Source of the DNA: the human T2T-CHM13v2.0 reference genome, Homo sapiens
DNA: 64,000 bases
Assembly (NCBI RefSeq): GCF_009914755.1
Contig: NC_060940.1
Reading direction: 5' to 3' (one strand)
How positions within the stretch are numbered: position 1 is the first letter of the stretch; each line of letters starts with the position of its first letter. The position numbers were made by a program, and so were the translations under genes. Below are positions 20,501 to 35,556 of the stretch, one piece after another. The notes below the pieces were generated by a model. It saw nothing but the letters and a program-made list of their open reading frames with translations, was not told where the DNA came from and did not search any database.

Positions 20501-21080
20501 TCTGAGAGTTCCCCTCAGCTCAACTAAGTCCAAACTCCCTGACACCCCCAAGCAGGAGCTTCACAACCAGCTCTGCTCTGGTCTCAGATTTCATACTCCC
20601 ACGCAGTCGCTACAGCTGCTCCAAATGCCCCACGGTTTCTGAGCCCCCAAGGTCACTGCTTCCTCCAGGCAGCCACCCCTCCCCTAGGCTGAGTCAGTCA
20701 CGCCCCCCTCTGCCCTCCCACCACCCCTTAAACACAGCCTATTAATACCCTGTTATGGCACACATCATGTGGTATTCTAATTGCATTAGCCTGTGAAAGC
20801 AGCAGCTCTGGAGGCAGCCCAAAATCCCAATGCTGAAACTCACTTGCTGTGTGATCTTAGGCCAGTCACTCAACCTCTCTGAGCCTCCATTTTCTCATCC
20901 GTGGTGAACCGGTGATAATATTGATTAAATATTTAACATGTGTAGACAGAATGTCTATTGGGCCAGGCAGTCTGCTAGGCACTGAACACACAAAACTGTA
21001 CCTGTCATCATAGAGCTTACAAACTTAGAGTGCAGATTGACCTGAAATGAAATTTTATACAAAAAAAAAAAGATACTTCT

Positions 21081-21393
<313 letters not shown>

Positions 21394-21420
21394 TCAATGC
21401 AATTTATAAAACTTACAAGT

Positions 21421-21712
21421 GCCCAGGTGCAGTGGCTCACACCTGTAATCCCATCACTTTGGGAGGCCGAGGCGGGTGGATCACCTGAGGTCAGGAGTTC
21501 GAGACCAGCCTGACCAATATGGTGAAACCCTCTCTCTACTAAATACAAAAAATTAGCCGTGCATGGTGGCATATGCCTGTAATCCCAGTTACTTGGGAGG
21601 CCGAGGCAAGAGAATCGCTTGAACCCAGGAGGTGGAGGTTGCAGTGAGCTTTCACCATTGCACTCCAGCCTGGGCCACAAGAGCAAAACTCTGACTCAAA
21701 AAAAAAAAAAAA
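21421..21712 (+). mobile_element. Alu (AluS)
   Basis: Dimer; TSD aaaacttacaag. Confidence 0.92.
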
Positions 21713-22989
21713 CTTACAAGGGAGAAATATAATACACATGTGGATAATGGAGAGAGCCAACCTAGTCTGGGAGAGGTAACATTTATGGAGAGTTATACAG
21801 TAGGAGCCAGCTAGGCAAGTGAGGAGAGCTGGCGAGCAGAGGGAGGTGGGTGTCAGGAGGAAGAGATGGCATGTGCAAAGGCCCTGCCACAGGAAGAGAA
21901 TCTCCTTTTCCAGAAACCCAAAGAGATCATGACTATAATGTTTGGGGGTGGAGCAACTATGCTTTGGGTCTTCAGGGCCCAGAACAGTGCTTGGCAGGGA
22001 AATGTTACTAGACCCTGTTGCCCACCACTCTCTGATTTGGTGACTGTACGTCCACACATGGGCTTGGCATTTTCCAAGCACTGACCACGTGCCAGGTGCC
22101 ACACAGGACATGAAGGAAGATGCGAAGATGGACCAGCCCTGGATCCTGCTCTCTCAGCATTTCATCTCCCACAGCATGGGGACCCCAAGCGCCACGTTAA
22201 GGCATCAAGGTTTGTATAATAGCAAACACTAGTGATTGTACACCAAAGCTGGTTTCTCTTCTTCCATGGCATTGCAGACACCCAGGCCTCCCAGACAGGA
22301 GGCATGGCCATGCAAAGCTCTTGCCAATGGCTTGTGAATGGACAGTCCGTGTCAGGGTGAAGACATCAGGCATCTCCTGGCTTCCTATGTGGCTCACTTC
22401 AGCCACACTGACAACGACCAGGGTGCCCTAGGGCATACAGAGCAATGACTTGGAAGGAGCCTGGCTCCTGGAATGACTGGCAGGGGCAGAGCTGCCCCAC
22501 CAACCAGGACTACGACCTAAGAGAGAAACAGCTGCCCTGTTCTTCAAGCCTCCATATTGCAGGATCTCTTTGTTACAGCAGCATAGCCTTACCCTGACTC
22601 ATCTAGAGCCTGAGAAAGGGACAGGGACCTAGGAGTTTGGAGGAGGAAGTGGCCATTTTGTGCTGCAAGAATCAAGGAAGACTTCCTGGAGGAAGATGAC
22701 ATTTGCACTAAGCTGAAAGGAAGTATGTATTCTGAATAAATAAAGGTGTATCCATGGGAGGACATACTAATAAACAGTTATTGAAGAGCACGAGGCAGAT
22801 CCACACGTGCAGACACGGGAACATGCCTCAGTTATGTTGTCATGGGGAGAAAGCAGAGAGTAGAACTGTACCTCTCTGCTTCCATCTCTTTACATAGGTA
22901 TGCGGTTGATAATAGAGAAAACAACTGGAAAAATACAGACTAAACTGAAGAGTGGGGATAAGCACACGGAAAGGGGAGTCATTTTCTTA

Positions 22990-23280
22990 ATTTTCATTTT
23001 TTTAAGAGACAGGGTCTCGCTCTGTCACCCACGCTGGAGTGCAGTAGGGCAATCAAAGCTCTCTGTAACCTCCAACTCCTGGGATCCAACAATCCTCTCA
23101 TCTCAGCCTCCCAAGTAGCTGGGACTACAGGCACGCTATTTTTTTTTTTTTTTTTTTTTTGGTAGGGACGGGGTCTCACTATGTTGTCTAGGCTGGTCTT
23201 GAACTCCTAGGCTCAGGCAATCCTCCCACCTCAGCCTTCCAAAGTGCTGGGATTACAGGCATGAACCACCGTGCCAGCCT
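22990..23280 (-). mobile_element. Alu (AluJ)
   Basis: Antisense dimer. Confidence 0.9.
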
Positions 23281-23703
23281 CATTTGTCCCACTGGGCTGT
23301 TATATCTTTTGGCAATGAATACCTATTTGGTATAATAAACCTTTCTTGCATTTCTAAAGCAAGTGAGAAATATGCTTGTCTTGTCCTCTCGGGAAAGGAG
23401 CTGCTCTCAGTACTAACCTGGCCCCTGCCCTGCCCCAGCCAGGTTGTGAGCTTTGAGAGGAGGCACTGGTGTAACTACTAGTCCTTGCAGTCCCATGTGG
23501 CTGGGACAGAGTCCACTGTTGAAGCTTTTGAAATCAATTTCCAGTTGGTTACATCTGAGCTCAGTGGTTTCCCAGAGACAAAAGTCTTAAAGGCAGAGAG
23601 TGCCTTCTTTGCCTGGGCAAGGAACCAGGAAATTTGACCTCCTTGGGCCAAAACATGGCTAAACAATGAGGGTCTGGGCGACACCATATCTAATGTGGGA
23701 TGG

Positions 23704-23996
23704 GGCTGGGCACAGCGGCTCACGCCTGTGATCCCAGCACTTTGGGAGGCTGAGGCAGAAGGATCGCTTGACGCCAGGAGTTTGGGACCAGCCTGGGCAA
23801 CATAGCAAGACCCCTGTCTACAAAAAAATTTTTTTAATTAGCCAGCTGTGTCGGTGCATGGCTGTAGTCCCAGCTACTCAAAAGGCTGAGGTGGAAGGAT
23901 CACTTCAGCCCAGGAATTCAAGGCTGCAGCCAGCAGAGATCACACCACTGAACTCTGGCCTGGATGACAGAGCAAGACCCTGTCTCAAAAAATAAA
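23704..23996 (+). mobile_element. Alu (AluJ)
   Basis: Dimer. Confidence 0.9.
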
Positions 23997-24470
23997 GGAC
24001 CATGGATTTGGTCCCTGGGCTGTAGCTTGCCAAACCCCATTGTAGAACATCAGTGCTGAAAGACTCTTAGAGGACACAGTCTATCCTGCTATAAGGCAGG
24101 CTCCTTTGACCCAGGTTACCTCATTCATGATTAGTATGTAAGGGAAGGATGTTGAAATAATGAGGAAGGTGTGTCCATACAAGATTTTCTCCAGCACATT
24201 AATATTTTTAAGTAGTCAGGAACAAGTACAATTAAAGAAATATCCTTATCAGGACTTGAAAAACTGAAGAAAAAAGCTGGAGTCTACAGAAGTGCCTCTG
24301 GTACCAGCTTGGTTCCAGTGGTGGCCGGATTTGTGGTTTCAAGAACCTCTCTGCTGCCACTGGGCTGTATAATCTGGGGATATGGCAAATTGAGATGAAG
24401 AAGCTACAAAGTCCTTCCCACCTCTGCTGAAACAATAGGCCAGTGGCAAAGGCTACACTTTCAATCACAG

Positions 24471-24772
24471 TTTTTTGTTTTTGTTTTTTTGAGATGGAGT
24501 CTTGCTCTGTCACCCAGGCTGGAGTGTAGTGGCACAGCCTCGGCTCACTGCAGCCTCCACCTCCAGGCTCAAGTGATTTTTACGTCTCAGCCTCCCCAGT
24601 AGCTGGGATTATAGGTGCATGCCACCATGCCCGGCTAATTTTTGTATTTTTAGTAGAGATGGGTTTCGCCATGTTGACCAGGCTGGTCTTGAACTCCTGA
24701 CCTCAGGTGATCTGCCCACCTCAGCCTCCTAAAGTGCTGGAATTACAAGCATGAGCCACACTGCACCTGGAA
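24471..24772 (-). mobile_element. Alu (AluS)
   Basis: Antisense dimer; TSD aatca(c/t)agtttt. Confidence 0.92.
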
Positions 24773-25819
24773 CCAATCATAGTTTTAATGTGGATAAAAA
24801 TGATCGTGATTAGAAGCAAATGTCCTCCTGGACCTACATCTCTGAGGAGGAAGCAGATGCTGAGGGTTGAAGGCTGAAACGTTTGATTGTGTGGCTGGGT
24901 ACAAATGCCCTCAAGGATTTACCCGTGCTCAGATTTTATTAAGATTGTTATTGATTTTGTTAGCTAGTTTGGAGCTTAGTGCAATCTTCCCTAGGTTCGG
25001 GGTCATCTACCCCAACTCTATTTTTCTCATAAGCCTCTTTCTTATTAGCCCACGACTTTACAGATCATGAGGTTTTATAGGAATGCATGTATGGAATGTT
25101 AGCAATAATGTCTGGAACCTTTCTCAACCCCACCAAAACACTATGCAGATGAGAACTGCTACTAAAAGTAGCTGCTGACATTTATTGAGAACTTACTGCA
25201 TGTCGGCATTGTGCTAAATGACTTATTCACCCCCTCTCTGCACAATTATCTACTGGTGTCATCCCCATTTTAATAGAAGGGGAGATTGACGCTCAGAGAG
25301 GTTAAATGATCTGTCCAAGGTCCATCATCAGAGCCCTGAGAGTCCTCTCACCTCCTTCCAAATCCGCTTGCCTCCCCCACAATGTCCACAGCATGCTCAT
25401 CTCCCTGCAATGTGCAACTCTGAGAATCCTAGATCTTGCCTCCGCCTTTAGGGTTGATTATACAAAACGCAGAGGCAGAGAGAACCAAGGGAGAGAGATT
25501 GGATGCTGACCTTCAGGAAAAGTTCCCACTGTCTTGTGAATCAAATCAGGTGCAGTTCTGATGTCTGAGAATATCAAATTGGTTTTTTTCTCCTTATTGG
25601 AAACTCCAAAATCAGTTGAACCCAAAGATAAAGACCAGGACTGAGATAATGGCCTTATTTCAGGACCCCAGCATCATTCTGGGGTGACTGTTTGAAGAAG
25701 TATGGATGCTGATATGTAATGACACACAGGGAAAGGCATCTTCAAAGGTCAGAGGTCAACTTGGCAGGGACAGAGGGACATTCGGAACAGAACATACCCA
25801 GGACCAAATGTCAGCGAGG

Positions 25820-26540
25820 ACGTGGGCAACACGGACATTCAGTCACTACTGTGTGAGGATAAGTAGGTGCAACCACTTGGGAAAACTTCTTGGCGTTATC
25901 TAATGAAAGTAATACGTCTTTCCCTGTGATCCAGCAACTCCATTCAAAGGAATCCGTGCCAGAGCAACTCTTCCCTGTGGCACCCTGAGCCATGGACAAG
26001 AATGTTTAGAGCAGACGGGTTGGTGATGGCAAAAGAATGAGAGACATCTCAACTGTCTGTCAACCGCAGAAGAAATACACAACCTGCAAGAGAGCCTTAT
26101 AACAAAAACTACGCAGCCGTGGAAATAACAGATGCAGTCCTGCACACATCAACATGCACAAACTCAAAAACATACCGTACAACACAGAGGGCAAAAGAAG
26201 CAACTTACAAAACAATGCGTAGAGTCTGCATGTATTTAGATGAAATTCAAGGACAGGCAAAATTAAACATCATATTGTTTAGGATTATGTGGGTGTTAAA
26301 ACTATCAGGAATGGCAGAAAGTGACTCATGCAAAATTAAGGATACTGGTTAACTTTGGGGAGGGACGGGATGTGATGGGGAGGGGCACACAAGGAATGTC
26401 TAAGACTTGGTAATGTTCTAATCCTTAGGTGGTGAGTACATGGGTATTTTATTATTCTTCTTAGACTATACAGATATGTTTTAAACATTCTTTTTTATAA
26501 GTGATATATTTCACTTTTTTAATTTAGAGATTTAAAAAAT
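25820..26540 (+). mobile_element. Old L1 (L1ME/MC-like) 3' region
   Basis: gatccagcaactccatt..., aagaatgttta, gaaattcaaggacaggcaaaattaa motifs. Confidence 0.65.
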
Positions 26541-27542
26541 AGAAAATAGCCCCAGAAATATGATAGAGCCAGCACAACAAAATTCAAGCCTTTATCGGTA
26601 TTTAAGGAGCACCCAATTTTCCACTCCATACCATCAGAGAACATGTTGTTCAAACACTGCCTGTAACATTAGTAATGCAACTTTTGGCTGTAATAAAAAC
26701 CTAACAGTGGCTTAAATAATAAAGGCATTCAGTTCTGTCTCATAACAAGAAGACTGGAAGTAGGTAGCTAAAGATTGATCCAGTTGCTCAACAACATTAG
26801 GAATCTAAGTCTGCAATTCTCTGAGACTTCTCCTAGAGGCACAAGATGGCTGCGGTAGCTCCAGACATCACATCCTTACCCAACCACTTCCAAATGCAGG
26901 AAATAAGGGGCATTCAGGATGGTGAGAAAGACTTCACTCATATGCCCCCACATCCTTCCATCAGGAGGAAAAATACATCCCCAAAAGCCCCCAGCAGAGT
27001 CCTGCTTACATTGCATTGGCCAGAACTGGGTCACTAAACCACTGCTTAGCTTCAAGGGAGGCTAGGAAAGTAGCTTCCCTTTTCAGTCTCCTTGTCAGGT
27101 AGACAAGGAAGAATAACAAGAAAGAAGAGGGAACGGCCATTGTGCAGGAAACCACAATGCCACCTTCCCCCCACCCCCAGGCAAGTTAGATGCATCAGTC
27201 CCACTGTTGATGTCCTGAGATCAGTCAAATAACCCAGACCCCACCTCACCTGGAAACCGGAGCCCATAACATGCCGCCCCCACATGAAGTGCTGAGACAT
27301 GTCTGTTTTCTCCATAGAGGCTTGAGGGATGCTCTGAATTGCCTTTGATCCCCAAGCCCAGCTGCGACCTGCACAGAGTGAAACACTTCATGATGCCAAT
27401 CAGTGGACAATTCTCAGATGAAGGAAGTCAGCAAATGCTCCCCACTGCCATGATCTGCTCGGGTGGAACTCTGGTGTGAAATGGGCCCTTCATGCTAAAG
27501 GGAGAAGCTGGTCGAGGTGTCCATGAGCCACTGTACACCCTG

Positions 27543-28146
27543 TGTCAGAGGCGTTTGAACCACAGCAACTTCATCTTGAATAAGGCCTGGGTAAAATAAG
27601 GCTGAGACCTACTGGGCTGCATTCCCAGGAAGTTAGGCATTCTAAGTCACAGGATGAGATGGGAGCACAAGATATCAGCACAAGATACAGGTCACAAAGA
27701 CCCTGCTGATAAAACAGCATGAAGTGAAGAAGTCAGCCAAATCCCACCAAAACCAAGATGGCCACGAAAGTGACCTCTGGTCATCCTCACTGCTCATTAT
27801 ATGCTAATTATAATGCATTAGCATGCTAAGAGACACTCCCACCAGCGCCATGACGGTTCAAAGATGCCATGGCAATGCCCGGAAGTGACCCTATATGGTC
27901 TAAAAGGAGGAGGAACCCTCAGTTTCAGGAATTGCCCACACTTTTCCCAGAAAACTCTTGAATAAGTTTTCACGAGTAGCCATTGGAGTACTCATTCTTT
28001 GACACCTATGGAGTCACCATTCTTTTATTCCTTTACCTTCTTAATAAACTTACTTTCACTTTCTATGGCTTCACCTCAAATTCTGTCTTGCACAAGATCC
28101 AAGAACCCTCTCTTGGGGTCTGGATCAGGACACCTTTCTGGTAGCA
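27543..28146 (+). mobile_element. MER41 (A/B-like) solo LTR
   Basis: Starts TGTCAGAGGCGTTTGAACC, ends tctggtagca; 4-bp TSD CCTG at 27539-27542 and 28147-28150. Confidence 0.9.
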
Positions 28147-29041
28147 CCTGGATGCAAATTACAGGACAGCTCAAGCATCAATCGTCCAAAGGGTCACTGT
28201 AATTGTGGACCACAGCAGCAAAGCACTCAGAGAAGGGAGCAGAAATTTAGGCCACGCTAGACCACAGTCTTGCAGACAATGACTTGCTGGCACTTCTAAC
28301 AGTGGCCCCAGAGACAGAGCATGTGCACTCCTGTTTGCCACAGCCCCTACCACTCCCTATTATTTCTCCATCACCAAGGTCAGGGGTCAGCTGCTGCTCT
28401 ATCATCATGCTCACCTGGTTCTTCATACCCTTGGCCACTTCCCAAACTTGGGTCACCTGTCTCGCCTTGTAGGCACTAGAGTTTCAGATCCTTGGACTAA
28501 AGCACTGAAGATGGTCAAGTTTCCTGTTCTGTGTTTGAAAGTAGCAAGTCCACTCTCTCATCAATGCCTTCGTTCGCGCAGAGACATTGATGTGGCGAGT
28601 GATTGAAGTCAAAGACTCAATGCCTGTTCCCAAAGAGATCAAAATCGGCCCTACTGTCTTGCTGGGCATTGGCGACTCAGTCCACCCAGTGAAGCAGACA
28701 TGCAAAATGGCTATGCAGGGTGCCGTCTTTGTGCGGTGGCTCAAACAGTTCTGGCGGCTACTCCAAAGCGCTGCTATTCATGATCATTGTTATAAGGGGT
28801 GTCATTCCAGGGAATCTGAGAACCAATCTACATTTGCAAAATTAAGCAGTAAAGTAATACCCAGAAGAATGCATGAAGGGGATGTGTCTGGCAGCATTTC
28901 TGAAACAATAACGATAACTAGTGCTCGTCTGAAGTTTACAATATGCCAACCATTGTTCTAAGTACCTTTCCATGGATTGATTCACTTAATCCTCACAAAA
29001 ACTCTATAAAGTGGGTACTCTTGTCCTTATGTCAGAGGGGG

Positions 29042-29770
29042 TGTTGCAGCCAGCCACTGTGACCCCTGGTGAGCTTCATCTCCTGGTCTGCCTGCCCTTT
29101 TGCCGTCCTCTGTCACATTGAATCAGGGATGACTTGTGTGACCAACAACTGCAGAAGTGGCAGTGTGTGATTCCAAGGCTAGGTCACAAAAGGCATTGCA
29201 ACTTCTTGCTAGGGCTTTTGGATTGCTGAATCTGGGGGAAGCCAGCTGCCATGTTGTGAGGACGCTCAAGCAGCCCCGTGGCAAGGTTCATGGGGAAAGG
29301 AGCTAACTAGCCAGCCCCAACCAGGCAGCCATGTACGTGAGGCCCCTTGGGAGGATTCTCCAGTGCCAGTCAAAAGTCTCAGATGACTGCAGCTTCAACT
29401 CACACCTACTGCAGCCTCCTGAGAGACCCCCAACCCAGAACTGCCCACCAAACTACTCCCAAATTCCTGATCTACAGAAACAGTGAAAAATAATCAGCAA
29501 TTATTGCTGTTTTAAGCCACTACATTTGGGGATGATTTGTTAGGTGGTGTATTAGTCCTTTCTCACATGGCTATAAAGAGATACCGGAGACTGGGTAATT
29601 TATAAAGGAAAGAGGTTTAATCAGTTCATGGTTCTGCGGGCTATGCAGGAAGCATGAGGGGGCATCTGCTTGGTTTCTGGGGAGGCCTCAGAAAACTTAC
29701 AATCATGGTGGAAGGCAGAAGGGGTGCAAGTACACAGACTTATCAGGTGGCAAGTGATAACTAATCCAGA
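29042..29770 (+). mobile_element. MLT1F-like LTR with an antisense MST fragment (about 29548-29735)
   Basis: ggctaggtcacaaaaggcattgc, ttttaagccactacattt; MST end tgtattagtcc...gagactgggtaatttataaaggaaagaggtttaat. Confidence 0.75.
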
Positions 29771-30261
29771 TGGTAAAACTCAGGGTTGGGGAGACAGAAG
29801 TTAAATCATTTGCCCAAGGTCACACCACTGCTAAGCAGTGGAGCCAGGATTTGAACACAGACTGTCCAATCCAGAGCAGCTGACCACTCCACTATAGTGC
29901 TCCTATGGCTACTTCCAAAAGACATTTGGTTCGTGTTCACCTGTATTCATCTCCCTCTAACTGAGTGCCTACTCTGGGCTCCAGGTTTTACCTACGTTAA
30001 TGCATTCCGTCTTCCCAGGAACTCCAGCAAATAGGTCTTATTTTTTCCATTTTATTCTTTCTCTTAAAATTTAATCAGTTAAATAATGCATCAATACATT
30101 TCTCCTTTAGAAAAATTCAGATAGTAGATAAGACCCCTAAATCTCTTTAGAACTCTTCTGTCCCTACCTCTGGGCTCCTCTCCCAAACTGACCTCATCAC
30201 TTTGGTGGGTACCTTTCTAACCCTTTTTTTTCCTAATCATTTACATTCATATTCATGTCCC

Positions 30262-30810
30262 CAAAAATACTACATAGCAGAGCAATGACTGGCATTGGTC
30301 TCACAAAATAATGTTGAGCAAGATGCCAGGATATAGCCCAGTTGGGGTTGGCACCTCTCCCCATGGGCCTCGACACGGGGCTACTTGAGCATCCTCACAG
30401 CATGGTGCCTGACTTCCCTAGAGCCAGCAATCCAAAAGACTCAGCCAGAAGTTGCAATGCCTTTTGTGACCTAGCCTGGGAAGTCACAGCAACAGAATAC
30501 ACTGTGATTCCGTTAATGTGAATACAAAACCAAATAGGCAAAATTATACTATATAATATGTTTAGGGTTGTAGGCTTAGGTGGCAAAATTATAAAGTGAG
30601 TCAAGGAATTGACCGTCGTAATAACACCAGGATAGTGGATACGACTCAGGGTAAAGATGGGGGTAGGAGGTACTGGTAGGACCATGAGGGGAGTTGCTGG
30701 GTGGTGGCAATATTTTATTTTTGACCTCAGAGGTGATTACATGAGGTTCAATCAGGGATAAATCATTAAATCGTAAATCATCTTTTTTTAATGCACTTTT
30801 CTGCATACAT
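30262..30810 (+). mobile_element. Old L1ME-like 3' fragment interrupted by an inverted MLT1F piece (30336-30488)
   Basis: ataatgttgagcaagatgccag | insert | ...gaatacactgtgattcc...aaaccaaataggcaaaatta. Confidence 0.6.
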
Positions 30811-30811
30811 G

Positions 30812-31610
<799 letters not shown>

Positions 31611-32231
31611 AGTATACATAATTCATAATTTTAAAAGGTTTTTGTTTAAGAAAATACAAAATATTGTTCTGTTTTTGTTTTATACTTATCATTCTATCTT
31701 TCTCTCTTCTATCTTTCTAAGCACTGCTTTTTTCACTTGCCAATAAGTCTAATCCATTTGTCTCCTATAGATTTTATCATTTCATCCTTTTTAGTGGCTG
31801 CAGCACATTCTATAGAATGAATATTCCACAATTCATTTAGCCGTCCCCCTATTAATGAACATTTTGTTTGTTCTCATTTTTCTCTATTTTGAATGAGACT
31901 GCAATGAACATTCTTGTGCACATGCGTTCATCTTGTGCACATACAAACCCAGTTGAAATTGCTGGGGCAAGGGGTATGAACATTTATGGTTCTGATACAC
32001 AGTGACAAATTGTTGTCCATTGTGGTCGGGCCAGTTCCTGTCCCACCAGCATTGTGTGAAGATTCCCACATCCCTACATCCTTACCAACTTGTCTATTGT
32101 CAAAGTGTTCCTCTTTCTTTGCCATCTTGGGGAAGGAAAACAATGCATCATTATTGTCCATTTCACAGGTGAAGAAACTGAGGCTCAGTGAGCTTAAGCA
32201 ATTTGCCTAAGATCACATAGCAAGAAAGTGG

Positions 32232-32540
32232 CATGGTGATTCACATCTGTAATCCCAGCACTTTGGGAGACCAAGGTGGGAGGATCGCTTGAGCCAAGGA
32301 GTTCAAGACCAGCTTGGGCAACATGGCAAGACCCCACCTCTACAAAACAAAAAACAAAAAAATTAGCCAGGTGTGGGGGTGCTTGCCTGTAGTCCCAGCT
32401 ACTCAGGAGGCTGAGGTAGGAGGATCGCTTGAGCCAAGGAGTTGGAGGGTGCAGTGAGCCGTGATCACACCACTGCACTCTAGCCTGGATGACAGAATGA
32501 GACCCTGTCTCAAAAAATAAAGAAAAGAAAAAAAGAAAAA
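32232..32540 (+). mobile_element. Alu (AluJ)
   Basis: Dimer within a MIR. Confidence 0.9.
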
Positions 32541-35274
32541 CAGTGGCAGCAAGAGGACTTGAATTCTGAACTTCTGCCTCCAAACCCAAGATCTTGCCAA
32601 GATACGAGGTTTTGCTCCTTAACCACCACGTGCTCCTGAGATGGGCCATAAATAACCCCTTCAATGGGGCTGAGGGCAACTCGATGCCCCCAGGGTTCAC
32701 AACCAGGTGAGACACATGGAGCCCAGCTCTGGGGCTGGCAGAGATTCCGGGAGGCAAGTAGCCCACCACCTCCATGGAAATCATCAGGGAGGAAATTAGC
32801 TCGAAATGGAATCGACAAGGTGCTGCCGCCAACTCCGATTGTAAATTAGATAAACTTGCATCTGACATGATGCGTTTAGAGCAGGGCCACTGCCGGGTTC
32901 TCAGCTGCTCCCAAGCAACGAGCCACTGGGAGTGAAAAATAAAACAATCTAGGAAGCTACAAAATACAATAATGAAAGATAACAGGCCCCGGAACAGCGG
33001 GAGAGAATTGCTGGGAAATTAGCTAAGGAGCAAAGGGTGGCCTTCGCTGTTGAGGGCAAGAGAGGGTGAAATACAGCAGCAAGGGCAGAAGTCGCCCTCA
33101 GAGATGTCCAGTATGAAGTGCTCCTCCCACACTTGCCAGCCAGGTGACCTTAAACAAGTTTCTGAAGCTCTCAGAGATTCTGTTTTCTTGACTGTAAAAT
33201 AGGAGTCCAAACAGAACACACCTCATAGTGCTATTGTGAGGATTAAATGAGATATTGACTAGAAAGGCCCAGGGCTGCCAATGACAGCTGTTCAGGTTGT
33301 GCGTGAAGGAGGGCACTTAGCTGAGGCTGAGCAGGGCTGCATCGAGCCCATCCTCCATGCCCAGAGGGGAAGGCTTTCTTACATTTACCAAAGTTCCCTG
33401 TGTGCTGCAGCAGCCCTCAAAGTGCCCAGCACATAATAGGTGCTCAATAAATGGGAGTGTTACCATCACAGCTGTCTGATTTATTTCCCACCCGGGGGCT
33501 CAGGCCATGCTGACTGCTGCTGTGATAGGAGCTCCTGTGCAGAACCAAGAGAAAGCCCCACTCCAAGGTTCTGAAAGCCAACCTTGCAGGACTGGGAGGG
33601 ATGCATCATGGCTCAGCAGTAGCCTGCATGAGAAAGGCTGGGGCTCTGGGAAGAGCAGATGAACCAAGGGTTGCCATGTCCTGCACCTGCCCAGGAGATG
33701 TGCACTGCGAGCCATGTCACCAGGAGAGTGGGTGCAGGAAAGGGAGATGAGGGAGCCACTGGGCCTGGCCAGCAGCTAGGGCCAGGAGGCTCGGGGAGCC
33801 TTAAATCTCCCCAGATGGCAACTCTGGGCAGGGGCCATGCCACCTCATCTAAGGAAGAGCAGACATAAGGGGGACATGCACCCCACCTCCAAAAGGTTGT
33901 GCTCGAACCCTACATCCAGTTTTCGTGCCTTTCCTTGTGCTGTTCTTTCTGCCTAAAATGCTCACTGCTGGATCAATTTCACCATCCTCCCAAGCCCGGC
34001 TCAACCCTCCCTGGCTCCGCAGGCCCCCAACGCTGCTGGGCCCAGGCTAGAAGGGCTGACTGTATCTTAATCATCTCTGTCACCCCTGCCTGCCCCAGCA
34101 GCAAGACATAATTGGCTTTCAATGTATGTCAGATAAATTCACGAATAAATGAGCAAGAGAGAGCCGGGCCTTTGCCTGGGACCCTGTGAAAGAGCGGGGA
34201 CCCCATCCCCTGCCTGTTCTTTTATAATTGGGACTGGCAAGGTCTGAAGTCAGAACAGTGTGTTGGGACAGAAGAGGGCTGACAGTTGGGCGTGATGCTC
34301 CTGTCATCCTGATGGCCCCAGGGACTGCAACAGAAGTGAAATGTGACCCAGAGCCCAGGCAGAGAAATGCCACAGCAGGCACAGGCTAGAGGATAATGGG
34401 CTTGGGGAAGACAGCTCCTTGCTACCAGGAGAATCTCCAGAATCCTTTGGCCTTGCCAGACAACCTGCATGGCTAGGATTGCACTTCTAGCCCAGGGTCA
34501 TTTTTAAAGAAATTCGTCTGATCAACACGTGGCTCTGGGTCCAAGGCTGGCCGATATTCAGGAAGCCAAACGCCCAGCTAGTCCTCGGCCCGGGTTTGCC
34601 AGAGCCCTGGGCCTGCCGTGACTTCATTACCTGCTCACCCATGTCTCTCCCCACAGACTGGGGGCACCTTGAGGGCAGGAGCTGGGTCTCGCAAGATCTT
34701 GCAGGTCCAGCACCCGGTATATCACGGGAGCTCAGTCACTGTGTGTGACTGAATGAACAGCAGCAAGCTTAAGAGGAACCAGGAGAGGAGCCCCTTGAGA
34801 AATGTCACAAGTTCTTCTACTCCAGCCTGAGTTTGCTCTTCACTGGAGTCTGATTCTGCTGCGGATCTGCCACACATCAGCGAGGGACCTCAGCTGAAGC
34901 CCAAGGTGGACTAGAGCAGGAAGCAGGATGGGACTCGGGAAGAGGATCAGGGTGTGCACGAGTCGGCTTTCGCTGCCAGAACAGAGTCCTAACCTCTCAG
35001 TGGCCCTCCATACCAGGCATTTACTTCTCATTCTTGTCGCATGAGGGAAGCAGGCTGGACGCAGCTCAGCTGGGCTCTGCTGGGCTTGGCCGGTCTTGGT
35101 TACACTGGGCCCCGTCCCTTCGCATTCTGGGACCAGGCAGAAGGAACAGCCACTGTCTGAGGCATCCCATCCTCGTGACAGGGCAGAGCCTCGCTGTGCT
35201 CAGATACTGCGTGTGTCCCATCTGCTCACAGTCAATAATCAAAGCAAGGCACACGACCAAATTCAAAGTCATCA

Positions 35275-35556
<282 letters not shown>

